Shown one piece after another: positions 38,121-47,682 of a DNA stretch of 64,000 nt. A model generated the notes under the pieces. It saw only the letters and a list, made by a program, of their open reading frames with translations. It did not search any database and was not told the DNA's origin. Within the stretch, counting starts at the first letter, position 1. Each line of letters starts with the position of its first letter. The stretch comes from a virus. The translations under genes were made by a program, and so were the position numbers. The stretch lies in the IMG/VR virus record IMGVR_UViG_3300015263_000627; one strand, given 5' to 3'.

Positions 38121-38969
38121 ATGGCACAATGGGGAAATACTGACGTTGTATCTAATTCCGTGACTTGGGCGGCTGAAACTATTCAGGCTGGTAGCGGAAA
38201 AACTGCGATTGCAGCTAATAATACAGCTTTATACCAAAATACCACACCCAATGCATTCGTTGCAGGATTGACCATTGGTCAGTTTGGAGCTTCCAAGACT
38301 GAAATGAAGGTGACTTCCGGGGAAGGTCCCAAGGTCCATGCTCCGGGTTGGCAACTACGCCGAGTTGGTCAGGGACCGCTTATTGGTCTTACTGTTTCGG
38401 ATGGATCGAATTTCGTCAACGGGGAAACTCTTATAGTCAGTGGCGGAACAGTCAATGCTACTTTGGTTCTAACCACCAACGCAACAGGCAATCTTGTTTC
38501 GGCAACGCCGATTGGTGGCGGTGTCTTTGATGCTGATGCAACTTTAGTTTACACTTACACCCATGAAAAGCATTTGGAAGATTTGACCGTTACGGGTGGA
38601 ACAACCGCTTATAACAACACCGATTACATTGTTGTATCAAATGGTATTGCTGATGCATACTCTACCGTAGTGACTAACGCAACCGGTTACATGACCAATA
38701 CAACTCTTACAGGATTGATTACCAATCCGGGATTGTTTGGAAACACCGAAGCTAATACTGATGTTGTCATTACTGTTTATGCGGCAAATGGTGCAGCATC
38801 GAATGGTACAGGCGCAACATTGGTTGCTAACCTTGCAGCATCTTCGGGAGGAACCAATACGGCTCCGATCCTTGGTGGTCGCGCTGGTCGTGTTACCTAT
38901 GAAGCGTTGGCAGTTGTAAAGAAGATTTCGGACGGCGTAGCTGATGATGCAATTCTTCCTAACTCTTAA
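38121..38969 (+). CDS. Virion structural protein
   Basis: MAQWGNTD start, Gly/Thr/Asn-rich beta composition, GRAGRVTYEALA end; late promoter. Confidence 0.7.
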   Translation: MAQWGNTDVVSNSVTWAAETIQAGSGKTAIAANNTALYQNTTPNAFVAGLTIGQFGASKTEMKVTSGEGPKVHAPGWQLRRVGQGPLIGLTVSDGSNFVNGETLIVSGGTVNATLVLTTNATGNLVSATPIGGGVFDADATLVYTYTHEKHLEDLTVTGGTTAYNNTDYIVVSNGIADAYSTVVTNATGYMTNTTLTGLITNPGLFGNTEANTDVVITVYAANGAASNGTGATLVANLAASSGGTNTAPILGGRAGRVTYEALAVVKKISDGVADDAILPNS

Positions 38970-38984
38970 TAGGAAGGATATATT

Positions 38985-39275
38985 ATGACTGAACAAAGTC
39001 AGACCGTTCTGGAATTACCAACCAAATCGTCGGCTAATTCAACCGACAAGATTCTGATTATTTCCGATGCAGCCAGTGCCAATGGCGGTAACGTAGCTCT
39101 TATTCTCGTCAGTAATCTTTTTGGTAATTCTAATGCTGTTCCGGTAGGTCAAGATAATCCAGCTAATTCCTCCAGTTGGACCGGACCTTCCGGAACAGTT
39201 TTTTTCAGCAATACTTATGGCTATGTTGCAATAGCTAACAATACACTTCGGAGATTTGCAATCGAAGATTTCTAA
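38985..39275 (+). CDS. Small structural-type protein
   Basis: PANSS...GTVFFSNTYGYVAIANNT. Confidence 0.6.
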   Translation: MTEQSQTVLELPTKSSANSTDKILIISDAASANGGNVALILVSNLFGNSNAVPVGQDNPANSSSWTGPSGTVFFSNTYGYVAIANNTLRRFAIEDF

Positions 39276-39290
39276 TTATGACGGGTTATA

Positions 39291-39680
39291 ATGTTACAAG
39301 TGCTTAATGATAAAAATTTCCTCATATATTGTGCTTCAGTTTATGACAATCCCAATTGTCGAGACACGAAGGAGTTTCTTGAGGACCTGCAAAGGATCAA
39401 ATATATCAAAAAGTTAATAACTCGTTATGTGGAATCCGGAAATCTCAAGGAAAGGTTAATTCTTAATCATCTCATCGTTCTTTCCAATGTTTTTCCCGCT
39501 GAAGCTCTTGCCCGTATATTATATCTGAAAATGGAGGCTCAAATGCCTTATTTGAAGCCTTTTTTAGTAATGATGGGTCTTTTACCCCGGTTTATCTATA
39601 ATATTGGGGAGATAAATAGAATAGACACCGATTTAATATTGCTTGATAAAGGAATCGTTGAACGATTGAGAAAGATATGA
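39291..39680 (+). CDS. Conserved hypothetical T4-like protein
   Basis: YDNPNC...EFLEDLQRIKYIKKL, LKERLILNHLIVLSNVF. Confidence 0.8.
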   Translation: MLQVLNDKNFLIYCASVYDNPNCRDTKEFLEDLQRIKYIKKLITRYVESGNLKERLILNHLIVLSNVFPAEALARILYLKMEAQMPYLKPFLVMMGLLPRFIYNIGEINRIDTDLILLDKGIVERLRKI

Positions 39681-39868
39681 ATAGGAAACATATAGTCGAA
39701 AATGTCCCAACTAACTCTATGGGGTTGTCGAGTGCAACCCCCGGCTCCGGTCCTATTGATACCTTCAATCCCATTCTCAATCGTAATAAAGTTATACGCC
39801 GGTTCATGACTGTTTGGAAAAAAAGAAAGGAAAAGAATAGTCATGACCATAGTAAAGAGTCCTCCTAA
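39677..39868 (+). CDS. Hypothetical protein
   Basis: IVE-NVPTNSMG start. Confidence 0.5.
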   Translation: MNRKHIVENVPTNSMGLSSATPGSGPIDTFNPILNRNKVIRRFMTVWKKRKEKNSHDHSKESS

Positions 39869-40370
39869 CAACAACGGAAACGGTAACGGGGCTACCGCCT
39901 ACTATCATTACCTAAGCTGGCAAAATGTCGTTGCTACAGCTACCTTGATTCTGTTGATTGGGGGAGCTTTTTGGGCATTGGCATATAATCCAATTCAAAA
40001 CGATATCAAGGACCTGAAGTCAATAGTCAATGAAATACGAAGATCAGATGTCGAGAATTATGAAAAATTACGAAATGAAATAGGTGGTCATTCTAAAATT
40101 GACGAAAGCATTTATGTGACAAACAAAGAATATAAAGAATTTCGAGAACGTCAAGCAAAAACAAATGATGAAGTTTCCAAATTACTTGAACATATGGAAA
40201 ATCGCCTAGATGCTTTACATAATCAACAGCAGGTATTGATTGAATTTAAGAATAATCTTGTTGCTGATTTGGTAAGACTAAAAAATCGAGTTCTATATAT
40301 TGAACGTATTGTCTTAAGATATGTTGGACCAAAACACAATGATGTCACTATTCCTCCACCCGAAAAGTAA
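39843..40370 (+). CDS. Single-TM coiled-coil protein (holin-like candidate)
   Basis: One TM helix then long coiled coil. Confidence 0.5.
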   Translation: MTIVKSPPNNNGNGNGATAYYHYLSWQNVVATATLILLIGGAFWALAYNPIQNDIKDLKSIVNEIRRSDVENYEKLRNEIGGHSKIDESIYVTNKEYKEFRERQAKTNDEVSKLLEHMENRLDALHNQQQVLIEFKNNLVADLVRLKNRVLYIERIVLRYVGPKHNDVTIPPPEK

Positions 40371-40704
40371 TATCATAAAAGTTCCTTGTTTTGTAAACGT
40401 CATTTATTATCGACCACAATCTTTATTACTTCAACAATTTGGTTGGGAAACCTTGGATGAACCCCCGAGATATCCCCGTATTATAAAATTCTTCAATTAC
40501 TGGCATCATAATATTCATGCTGTAATACAAGAAGCAACTATTACCGAGAGAAATAACTCCAAAATTATAAACGTGGATCGTCTTATCAAGTTATCATAAC
40601 AAAAGATTCCACTTGACAAGTTTTTGAGGTGTGTTATACTCAATTCTGTGAAAAATATAGTAATAAAGACATTGTAAATCATTACCTACTAGATGTAGTA
40701 TAAC

Positions 40705-41721
40705 ATGTATATTGAAAAAAAGTATATATCATTCCTATCCAGCCGTTTATTGAAATTTAAATGGAAATCCGGTATATTAGCCAATTGTCGTTGTCCTTTT
40801 TGTGGTGATTCCAAGACTAATCCCAATAAAGCTAGGTTCTATTTTTATACTCGATCCAATAAATGGTTCACAGTATGTCATAATTGTTCCTATAGTGCTA
40901 CTTTTCCAAAATTTCTCAAAAAAATTGATGAAAAGCTTTATTCCGAATATATCATTGAGGTTTTGAGTGATAATAAGCCTATTATTGAAGATTCTCAATT
41001 TGTTGATGAATTACGCTTTGATAATGAAGATGCATTCAAGACTTTTATAAAACTTGACAAGATATCTTCCTTACCCTTGTATCATCCTGCCAAGAAATAT
41101 GTGGATTCTCGTAAAATCCCCAATCCTTATCATGCTATATTCAGATGGTGTCCTAATTTCATGGAATGGAGCAATAAAAGAATACCGGGAAAATTCAAAC
41201 CAGAAGCCCTTGAGCATGATGAAGGAAGAATATTAATCCCATTCTTTAATAAAAACAACCATTTTTTTGCTTATACAGGACGATCATTATCTCCAATAGC
41301 CGAGGTCCGCTATATCACTATTGTTTTAAATTCCAAGGAATTATTGTTATGGGGAGCGAATAAAATCGACTATGAACGCCCAATCAAGGTAACCGAAGGT
41401 CCTATCGATGCTACATTTTTGAATAATTGTATTGCTTTAGCGGGAAATAGCATTTCTTCCTTGACAAATCTAGCCGAACGTGATAGATTCATTATAGTTC
41501 TGGATAATGAACCCCACTCAAAAGAGGCGAAGAAAAAATTCTCGCGGGCAATTGACCAAGGTTTTAAAGTTGTCCTTTTTCCCAATAATATAAAGGAAAA
41601 AGATATAAATGCCATGGTATTAGCAGGATATTCACCGGATTATCTGGAATATGTTATCAACAACAATATCTATTCGGATATTGAAGCTCGAATGAAACTA
41701 GAGGAATGGTCTAAACGATGA
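40705..41721 (+). CDS. 61: DNA primase gp61
   Basis: CRCPFCGDS...CHNC zinc domain, TEGPID, LDNEP, KDIN. Confidence 0.96.
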   Translation: MYIEKKYISFLSSRLLKFKWKSGILANCRCPFCGDSKTNPNKARFYFYTRSNKWFTVCHNCSYSATFPKFLKKIDEKLYSEYIIEVLSDNKPIIEDSQFVDELRFDNEDAFKTFIKLDKISSLPLYHPAKKYVDSRKIPNPYHAIFRWCPNFMEWSNKRIPGKFKPEALEHDEGRILIPFFNKNNHFFAYTGRSLSPIAEVRYITIVLNSKELLLWGANKIDYERPIKVTEGPIDATFLNNCIALAGNSISSLTNLAERDRFIIVLDNEPHSKEAKKKFSRAIDQGFKVVLFPNNIKEKDINAMVLAGYSPDYLEYVINNNIYSDIEARMKLEEWSKR

Positions 41722-42056
41722 AAGTAGAATTGGAATTTAAACCCGTAACATCTGATCCCCTTCCCACTGTTATAATGGACCTTGATAAAGTTTTCTTTCA
41801 TTATCCGCTTATATGGTCGATAATAGTAAGTTTCTTTTCGGCTGTAATATTTGGAATATTTGTTCTTCCAATTATTCAGCTTGGCTGGTTACAAGGATTA
41901 TTGTTACTTGGAGGAACTTTTGGTTCCTTTGGATTAATACTTGTTGTTGCTTATTTTTTGGGAGAATATATCACCAAAGATACCAATGTATTCAAGGTAA
42001 TGTATCGGTCATGGAAAGAAAATTGGTGCGCTCCCGTGGAGTTTACCAATGACTGA
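41718..42056 (+). CDS. Hypothetical membrane protein
   Basis: Two TM helices. Confidence 0.55.
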   Translation: MKVELEFKPVTSDPLPTVIMDLDKVFFHYPLIWSIIVSFFSAVIFGIFVLPIIQLGWLQGLLLLGGTFGSFGLILVVAYFLGEYITKDTNVFKVMYRSWKENWCAPVEFTND

Positions 42057-42357
42057 TATTACCAATTGGGCTGATACCGTTCATATAATGAAATATCCGG
42101 GAAGAAATGCATTTACCGGAGAGGAAGAATATCTCATTGAACGTATCATGGTTCCCCTTGATCATTATCAGATGGGTAATTTGATTGATGCTATTGGACA
42201 GGTTCAAGATACCGGTGATTGGTGGCATGAAATTTGCCATATTGTTGCCCGGGCTATGCAAGTAGCTCGTTTGGATAAATTACATAGTAATAGAGGAAAT
42301 ACCTTTACCTTGCAAGACGTAATCGATGGAAACATCCGGAGAGAAAATGGACCTTGA
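42049..42357 (+). CDS. Hypothetical protein
   Basis: Coupled. Confidence 0.55.
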   Translation: MTDITNWADTVHIMKYPGRNAFTGEEEYLIERIMVPLDHYQMGNLIDAIGQVQDTGDWWHEICHIVARAMQVARLDKLHSNRGNTFTLQDVIDGNIRRENGP

Positions 42358-42526
42358 AAAAATGGCATTTGATTATTTTATGAAAAAAGTGGTGCCGGAA
42401 GCTGATCTTGTTACAGCCAATTCCGAGGAAGCATATGTAACCCCGGATGGTTCTGATAAATTTGAAATAACAAAAACTACAGCGTCTTATGATTTTCAAA
42501 AGTGGCTCAATCCAAGGATGATATAA
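42347..42526 (+). CDS. Hypothetical protein
   Basis: GGAG RBS. Confidence 0.5.
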   Translation: MDLEKMAFDYFMKKVVPEADLVTANSEEAYVTPDGSDKFEITKTTASYDFQKWLNPRMI

Positions 42527-42895
42527 ATGATCGATATTGGCAGCTTGGTGGTTTGTATTACTGATTGGGAACATCTAAAACAAACTATGCCTTATTGGTA
42601 TTACAATGTTCCAAATAAACCCGTAAAAGGTTTGATTTATACAATAAGAGGATTTTCGAAACCTGTTTATTGTGAAGAATATAAAGAAACAATTCAAGGT
42701 ATCTTTCTTGAAGAAATTTATAATCCGGCTGTTAATTGGGAATGGGGTTTGAATACTAAAGATGAAAATAAACTGGAAGGTAATTTTGATATAAAAGGTT
42801 TTGTCCCTGTTCAAAAACCAAGTATCGAAAATATCCGTGAATTATTGACCAAACCTCCCTCTCCTGAATTATTGGAAGAATATGAAAAAGCCTAA
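42527..42895 (+). CDS. Hypothetical protein
   Basis: GSLVVCI...GLIYTIRG...GIFLEEI. Confidence 0.6.
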   Translation: MIDIGSLVVCITDWEHLKQTMPYWYYNVPNKPVKGLIYTIRGFSKPVYCEEYKETIQGIFLEEIYNPAVNWEWGLNTKDENKLEGNFDIKGFVPVQKPSIENIRELLTKPPSPELLEEYEKA

Positions 42896-43088
42896 AATAC
42901 CTTCAAACCTGAAAGATGCTCATGATATTCTAATCATGAAATGTGCAGCTACTTTAGCTGATGGTCGAATTGGGTGGATTAAAAATGTAAGACGACTTAT
43001 TCATTTGCTTGAAGTTTATAATCCGGCTCTTTCATATCAATATGAAGATGTAAAAAAATTGTATGAACCAAAAAATCGTTCAAGATGA
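42882..43088 (+). CDS. Hypothetical protein
   Basis: Coupled. Confidence 0.45.
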   Translation: MKKPKIPSNLKDAHDILIMKCAATLADGRIGWIKNVRRLIHLLEVYNPALSYQYEDVKKLYEPKNRSR

Positions 43089-43698
43089 AGCAAACGTAAG
43101 ACGATTGATTGAAGCCCTCCCGGACGATGCCCCGGGGGTAGCTTTTGATATTGGAGCTAACTTTGGTATATACACGAAAATTCTAGCAACTAAATTTCAG
43201 GATGTATATGCTTTTGAACCTGATCCAAGCAATATGTTTGTTTTACAGGAAAATATAAAAGAACCCAATGTTCATTTTGTGCGAGCCGCATTGGGAAGAA
43301 ATCCAGCCGGAATGGTAAATCTTTATCGTTGTTGGAATCCCGGAGGAAGCACAATCAATGAAGAATGTCCAAGATTTGCAGGATGGGGTCATACATGGGA
43401 TAATTTCATATCGGTGCCGGAAACTACCTTGGACACGTTTACTAAATCCTATATTCCGTGGAACAATCTCAAATTCATCAAGTGTGATGTTGAAGGGGCT
43501 GAAACTTTCCTGTTCGAACATGGAAAGGATACCTTACTAAATAATCGATTGACTATGGTTTTGGAAGTGCATCAAACAGTCAATTTTGCTCGCCTTTACC
43601 AATTATTCAAGGAAGTGGGATATCAAGTATATGATATATTTCATCAACCCGTTTCCGAATTAACCTATGATGCATATTATATAGTGACCAATGAGTGA
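43063..43698 (+). CDS. FkbM-family methyltransferase
   Basis: FDIGANFG, AFEPD, FIKCDVEGAE. Confidence 0.9.
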   Translation: MNQKIVQDEANVRRLIEALPDDAPGVAFDIGANFGIYTKILATKFQDVYAFEPDPSNMFVLQENIKEPNVHFVRAALGRNPAGMVNLYRCWNPGGSTINEECPRFAGWGHTWDNFISVPETTLDTFTKSYIPWNNLKFIKCDVEGAETFLFEHGKDTLLNNRLTMVLEVHQTVNFARLYQLFKEVGYQVYDIFHQPVSELTYDAYYIVTNE

Positions 43699-44299
43699 AG
43701 AAAACGTAAAAAATTATATAGAAGATTTACCTGATAACCAACCCGGGGCAGCGTTGGATATTGGAGCCTGTATTGGACAATATACCGGCTTGTTGGCAAA
43801 AAAATTTGAAATGGTGTATGCGGTTGAAGCTGACCTTTTGAATGTCAGTCGTTTGACCGAGAATATACGAAACATCGAAAATGTTACAATCATTCCCAAA
43901 GCTATGGCGGCTAATGATGGTCATGTGAAATTATTTACAGCCCATCATCCCGGGTGTCATACTATTGTGGAAAAGGAAGAACATTTAAAAAAATGGGGAT
44001 TTTCTCTCGAAAGACATAGGGTGGTTCCAGCAACTACTTTGAATACCATTTATAAAAGATACAAGAATATAAAATTCATCAAATGTGACATAGAAGGCGG
44101 GGAAGATTACATTTTTTACGAGGCTAAAGAATTGTTGACTTCAACCAAGCTAACTGTTATACTTGAAACACATGTAAGTATCGATCATAAGAAATTATAT
44201 ACCTTTTATAAAGATATGGGATATTCCATTTACAGCCTAGACAAAATGGAACCAGTAGATAATTTTCTCCATGAACAACATTATTTATTGAGGAATTAA
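43691..44299 (+). CDS. FkbM-family methyltransferase (tandem paralog)
   Basis: LDIGACIG, AVEAD, FIKCDIEGGE. Confidence 0.9.
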   Translation: MSEENVKNYIEDLPDNQPGAALDIGACIGQYTGLLAKKFEMVYAVEADLLNVSRLTENIRNIENVTIIPKAMAANDGHVKLFTAHHPGCHTIVEKEEHLKKWGFSLERHRVVPATTLNTIYKRYKNIKFIKCDIEGGEDYIFYEAKELLTSTKLTVILETHVSIDHKKLYTFYKDMGYSIYSLDKMEPVDNFLHEQHYLLRN

Positions 44300-44529
44300 T
44301 GGCAGACGTTTTCAAAGAGGGAATTGAAACATCACGTTTTTATTCAGATAGCGGCGATAAGGAAGCCGTGGTAAAAAGAGATGCTTATGGAATGTATTTT
44401 ATCGAGTTCTATAATCAGGGAAATATGATAGATATGACGGAATATCCGAAACTAACCTTCAATACAGTCGAGGATATTGCCGAGGATTATGTAAGTAATG
44501 GAAAAGCGCGTCATGAATCTGTTGAGTAA
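44299..44529 (+). CDS. Conserved small hypothetical protein
   Basis: VEDIAEDYV C-terminus. Confidence 0.6.
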   Translation: MADVFKEGIETSRFYSDSGDKEAVVKRDAYGMYFIEFYNQGNMIDMTEYPKLTFNTVEDIAEDYVSNGKARHESVE

Positions 44530-44989
44530 ATTTTTTTTAGTATTAATCCTGATTATCTTTGGATTGTTTGTTTTTAGTGTCTTTTTTGAATTTCGAAAAG
44601 CATATGCGGCTGATTACCGGGAGCCTGATGTAATAAATTATTATGATACTCTTAAACAACCTGATGATGATACAACAGGATGTTGTGGTCCCGGAGATGT
44701 TTATCAAGCAGATAAAACAGATAATTGTAATCCAAGTATAAGAAATGAAAGAATTGATTGCGCTCTTGTTGCGATCATTACCGATACAAGACCGGATGAG
44801 GTTCATTTGCAAAATGGGAGAATTATTAGGAGAGCGCATATTCCGGTAGGAACTAGAATACCGATTCCCCACAAAAAGATAAGGAAACACCCTATTCCTA
44901 ATCCAACCGAACATAATATAATTTTTGTGAAGTTTTATGAAGATGGGGGTTCTATTGTTTATTGTTGGGAGCCAGCAGTAGGTATATGA
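44513..44989 (+). CDS. Exported Cys-containing hypothetical protein
   Basis: Signal peptide; CCGPGD, PNPT, VYCWEP. Confidence 0.65.
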   Translation: MNLLSKFFLVLILIIFGLFVFSVFFEFRKAYAADYREPDVINYYDTLKQPDDDTTGCCGPGDVYQADKTDNCNPSIRNERIDCALVAIITDTRPDEVHLQNGRIIRRAHIPVGTRIPIPHKKIRKHPIPNPTEHNIIFVKFYEDGGSIVYCWEPAVGI

Positions 44990-45390
44990 TCAATCCATTA
45001 TTACAAACACTTCCGAAACGTCCTTATTCCAATTATATGGAATTTGTTCAGATTCGAAGGGAAAAACATGGAAAACATTTTGGAGTTGTTCTAAAATATC
45101 CATGTTTGTATTGTGATGGATATTATCGAATTGTAGCTCCATGGGAACGTCCCGACCCCGTTGAAGGATATAAGATGGCTGATCGAATTGATTGTCCTCA
45201 TTGTGCCAAAGGGGAATCCAATGAAGCAGTTTATAAAAAACATTATAAAAAGATCATTGCCGAATGGAAAGACAAATATCAAAAAGCCAAGGCGGCAAGA
45301 AAAATTCAAAAAAGCGCCTTTGTTAAGATCAAGAAATATCTATCGAAGGAAGAATTGAAGGCAGTTGGATTTGGTGTGTTATGGAAATGA
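44986..45390 (+). CDS. Hypothetical zinc-binding protein
   Basis: CLYC...CPHC. Confidence 0.55.
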   Translation: MINPLLQTLPKRPYSNYMEFVQIRREKHGKHFGVVLKYPCLYCDGYYRIVAPWERPDPVEGYKMADRIDCPHCAKGESNEAVYKKHYKKIIAEWKDKYQKAKAARKIQKSAFVKIKKYLSKEELKAVGFGVLWK

Positions 45391-45806
45391 AAGTAGAAGC
45401 ATTCCGGGGAAAATATAGATTCCTATCGAATTTCTATCCGGCTATTGTAAGTTATGGGGAAATTGATTTTCCAACCGTCGAACATGCTTATCAAGCTGCA
45501 AAGTTTGATACAGATGAAGAACGGAAACATATCGCTAATTTAGCGACCCCGGTTGAAGCTAAAAGAGCAGGAAAACGTGGTCATAAGGTAACCGATGAAA
45601 TAAAACTAGGAACTATGAAGCTTTTGGTGTTTCGTAAATTCTTTGCTCATGAAAATTTGAGACAAAGATTATTGGAAACAGGAGAAGCTGAATTGATTGA
45701 AGGAAATTATTGGCATGACACCTTTTGGGGTCAATGTCCAATTGGAACCGGAGAAAACCATCTTGGTCGTATTTTGATGAAAGTAAGAGAGGCTTTTAGG
45801 AATTGA
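45381..45806 (+). CDS. NADAR/YbiA family protein
   Basis: FLSNFY, FPTVEHAYQAAKF, LIEGN..HDTFWG, GENHLGRILMKVRE. Confidence 0.92.
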   Translation: MEMKVEAFRGKYRFLSNFYPAIVSYGEIDFPTVEHAYQAAKFDTDEERKHIANLATPVEAKRAGKRGHKVTDEIKLGTMKLLVFRKFFAHENLRQRLLETGEAELIEGNYWHDTFWGQCPIGTGENHLGRILMKVREAFRN

Positions 45807-45807
45807 A

Positions 45808-46287
45808 ATGAATCCAATACTATATCTACTAATGCGTAATGATATTCCGAGCATGAACCCGGGTAAGCTTGCGGCTCAAGCTGCACATGTTGCCAATGCT
45901 TTCGAATATGAGTTCAATAAGAGTGGTTCAGCCAAGAAAAATCTTGGTAAGCTGTATAAGGCATGGAAGAACCAAACCAAGCAAGGATTTGGAACAACCA
46001 TTTGTCTTGGAGCTAATGAAGATCAGTTTTTGTTTCAAGGAAGAAATCTTGGCAATGGTTATTTGAATGGATGTTTTTCGGGAGAGGTTTATGATCCGAC
46101 CTATCCTTGTTCTATTCCTATTGAAGTTGCGGATTATTTGAATCAATCTAATTTGTCTCAACAAATCATTTTTAAGGAAGATTCAGCTATTTTTCTTCGA
46201 AATGAATTGGTTGGAATGTATGTCTTTGGAGACAAGGAAAATGAGGAAGTTCAATTTCTTGTTGGTGGTTTGGAGTTATATCCATGA
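45808..46287 (+). CDS. Peptidyl-tRNA hydrolase 2 (Pth2)-like protein
   Basis: LYLLMRNDIPSMNPGKLAAQAAHVA matches Pth2 N-terminal motif; W...GFGTTICL; G...L.L end. Confidence 0.7.
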   Translation: MNPILYLLMRNDIPSMNPGKLAAQAAHVANAFEYEFNKSGSAKKNLGKLYKAWKNQTKQGFGTTICLGANEDQFLFQGRNLGNGYLNGCFSGEVYDPTYPCSIPIEVADYLNQSNLSQQIIFKEDSAIFLRNELVGMYVFGDKENEEVQFLVGGLELYP

Positions 46288-46796
46288 AGAAATTTTCTAT
46301 CATAAAAGATGGAAAAAAATTATGTATGCATTGTAAAGAAATGAAATCTCTTGAGCAATTTAGTGTTGCAAAACGAGGATTGGGTGGTGTAGCCGCATAT
46401 TGCAAACCTTGTTTCGTTATTAGGTATAAATCCTCTCCGGAATTATCACGAAAACGGACATATGCTTATCGTAAAAGAAATAGAGAAAAATGGTTATCAA
46501 TGCATCGCATTCACCAATTTCGTCGTAGAACACAACAAAAATTTTTAGATGATGGAACCGTAACTGAAAATTTTTTGATTGGATTATATAAAACAGAAAA
46601 TTGTTTTTATTGTGAAAAATATATACAACCTGAAAAACGAACGGCTGATCATAAAATACCTCTTGCAAGAAACGGTTGGCATTCAGCATCTAATATAGTT
46701 ATGGCTTGTTTTTCTTGTAATTCATCAAAAAGCGCCCTAACTTCTGAAGAATATATGGAGAAAATAAATGACCATAACTGCCAAAATAATTTGTGA
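46284..46796 (+). CDS. HNH homing endonuclease
   Basis: CMHC...CKPC; CFYC, TADHKIPL.RNGWH..SNIVMACFSCNSSK. Confidence 0.9.
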   Translation: MKKFSIIKDGKKLCMHCKEMKSLEQFSVAKRGLGGVAAYCKPCFVIRYKSSPELSRKRTYAYRKRNREKWLSMHRIHQFRRRTQQKFLDDGTVTENFLIGLYKTENCFYCEKYIQPEKRTADHKIPLARNGWHSASNIVMACFSCNSSKSALTSEEYMEKINDHNCQNNL

Positions 46797-47682
46797 TAGT
46801 ATTAGTCCCGAAGGTATCCGACTTACAACTATGCAACTTAGATACCCGAGATTCATACATGCAGAGGTAATGACCCATCGCCAATTTTCACGTAATGCTT
46901 CATCATCCCGGGCAGTTCCGGTTGAAAAACTGATTGAGGATATCAAGAACGATACAGCCGGTCCAATTTTTTGGGGAAAAAACCAACCGGGAATGCAAGC
47001 ATTCGAAGAATGTACTAATTTAGTATATGGAACATATTCAAATGAACAAGCATGGTTGGTAGCTAGGGATCGTGCTATTGATATGGCTCAAGAATTTCAC
47101 AAAGCTGGTTATCACAAGCAAATAGTGAACCGTTTGCTTGAACCATTTTCCCATATCAATGTTGTTGTTACATCAACCGAATGGTCGAATTTCTTTGCCC
47201 TTCGTATTCATCCAAGTGCCCAACCTGAAATCCAGCAATTGGCTCGCAGTATGAAACTAGCAATGGATATCAGTACACCTAAAAAACTTGATTATGGACA
47301 TTGGCACCTTCCTTATATTACTGAGGAAGATAAAACACAACTGGAAGGTGATTTGAAAGCCTTGAAATATGCGGGTGGTGATCAAGGTGTACCAAAACTA
47401 AATGTTGAAAAAGAATTTATTGATACTTTGATAAAATGTTCTGTTGCCCGTTGTGCCCGAGTTTCCTATATGACTTATGAAATGAAGAAACCAACCGTTG
47501 CCGAAGATTTGAAATTGTATGAACGTCTTTTAGGAGCGCAACCAATCCACGCTAGTCCTGCGGAGCATATGGCTTATCCTGACATGAAAGATTCCCTAAA
47601 TAATTGGCACCATCCGGAATTACATGGTAATTTCAGAGGATGGATTCAATATCGAAAAACTTTAGAAGGGGAATGTCAATGA
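46768..47682 (+). CDS. thyX: Flavin-dependent thymidylate synthase ThyX
   Basis: AEVMTHRQFSRNASSSRA motif, HKQIVNRLLEP, HASPAEH. Confidence 0.9.
   Translation: MTITAKIICDSISPEGIRLTTMQLRYPRFIHAEVMTHRQFSRNASSSRAVPVEKLIEDIKNDTAGPIFWGKNQPGMQAFEECTNLVYGTYSNEQAWLVARDRAIDMAQEFHKAGYHKQIVNRLLEPFSHINVVVTSTEWSNFFALRIHPSAQPEIQQLARSMKLAMDISTPKKLDYGHWHLPYITEEDKTQLEGDLKALKYAGGDQGVPKLNVEKEFIDTLIKCSVARCARVSYMTYEMKKPTVAEDLKLYERLLGAQPIHASPAEHMAYPDMKDSLNNWHHPELHGNFRGWIQYRKTLEGECQ

Noticed and set aside
39843-40370. Firm holin assignment
   Set aside because: Single-TM topology is compatible but not diagnostic; not linked to the lysin or spanins.
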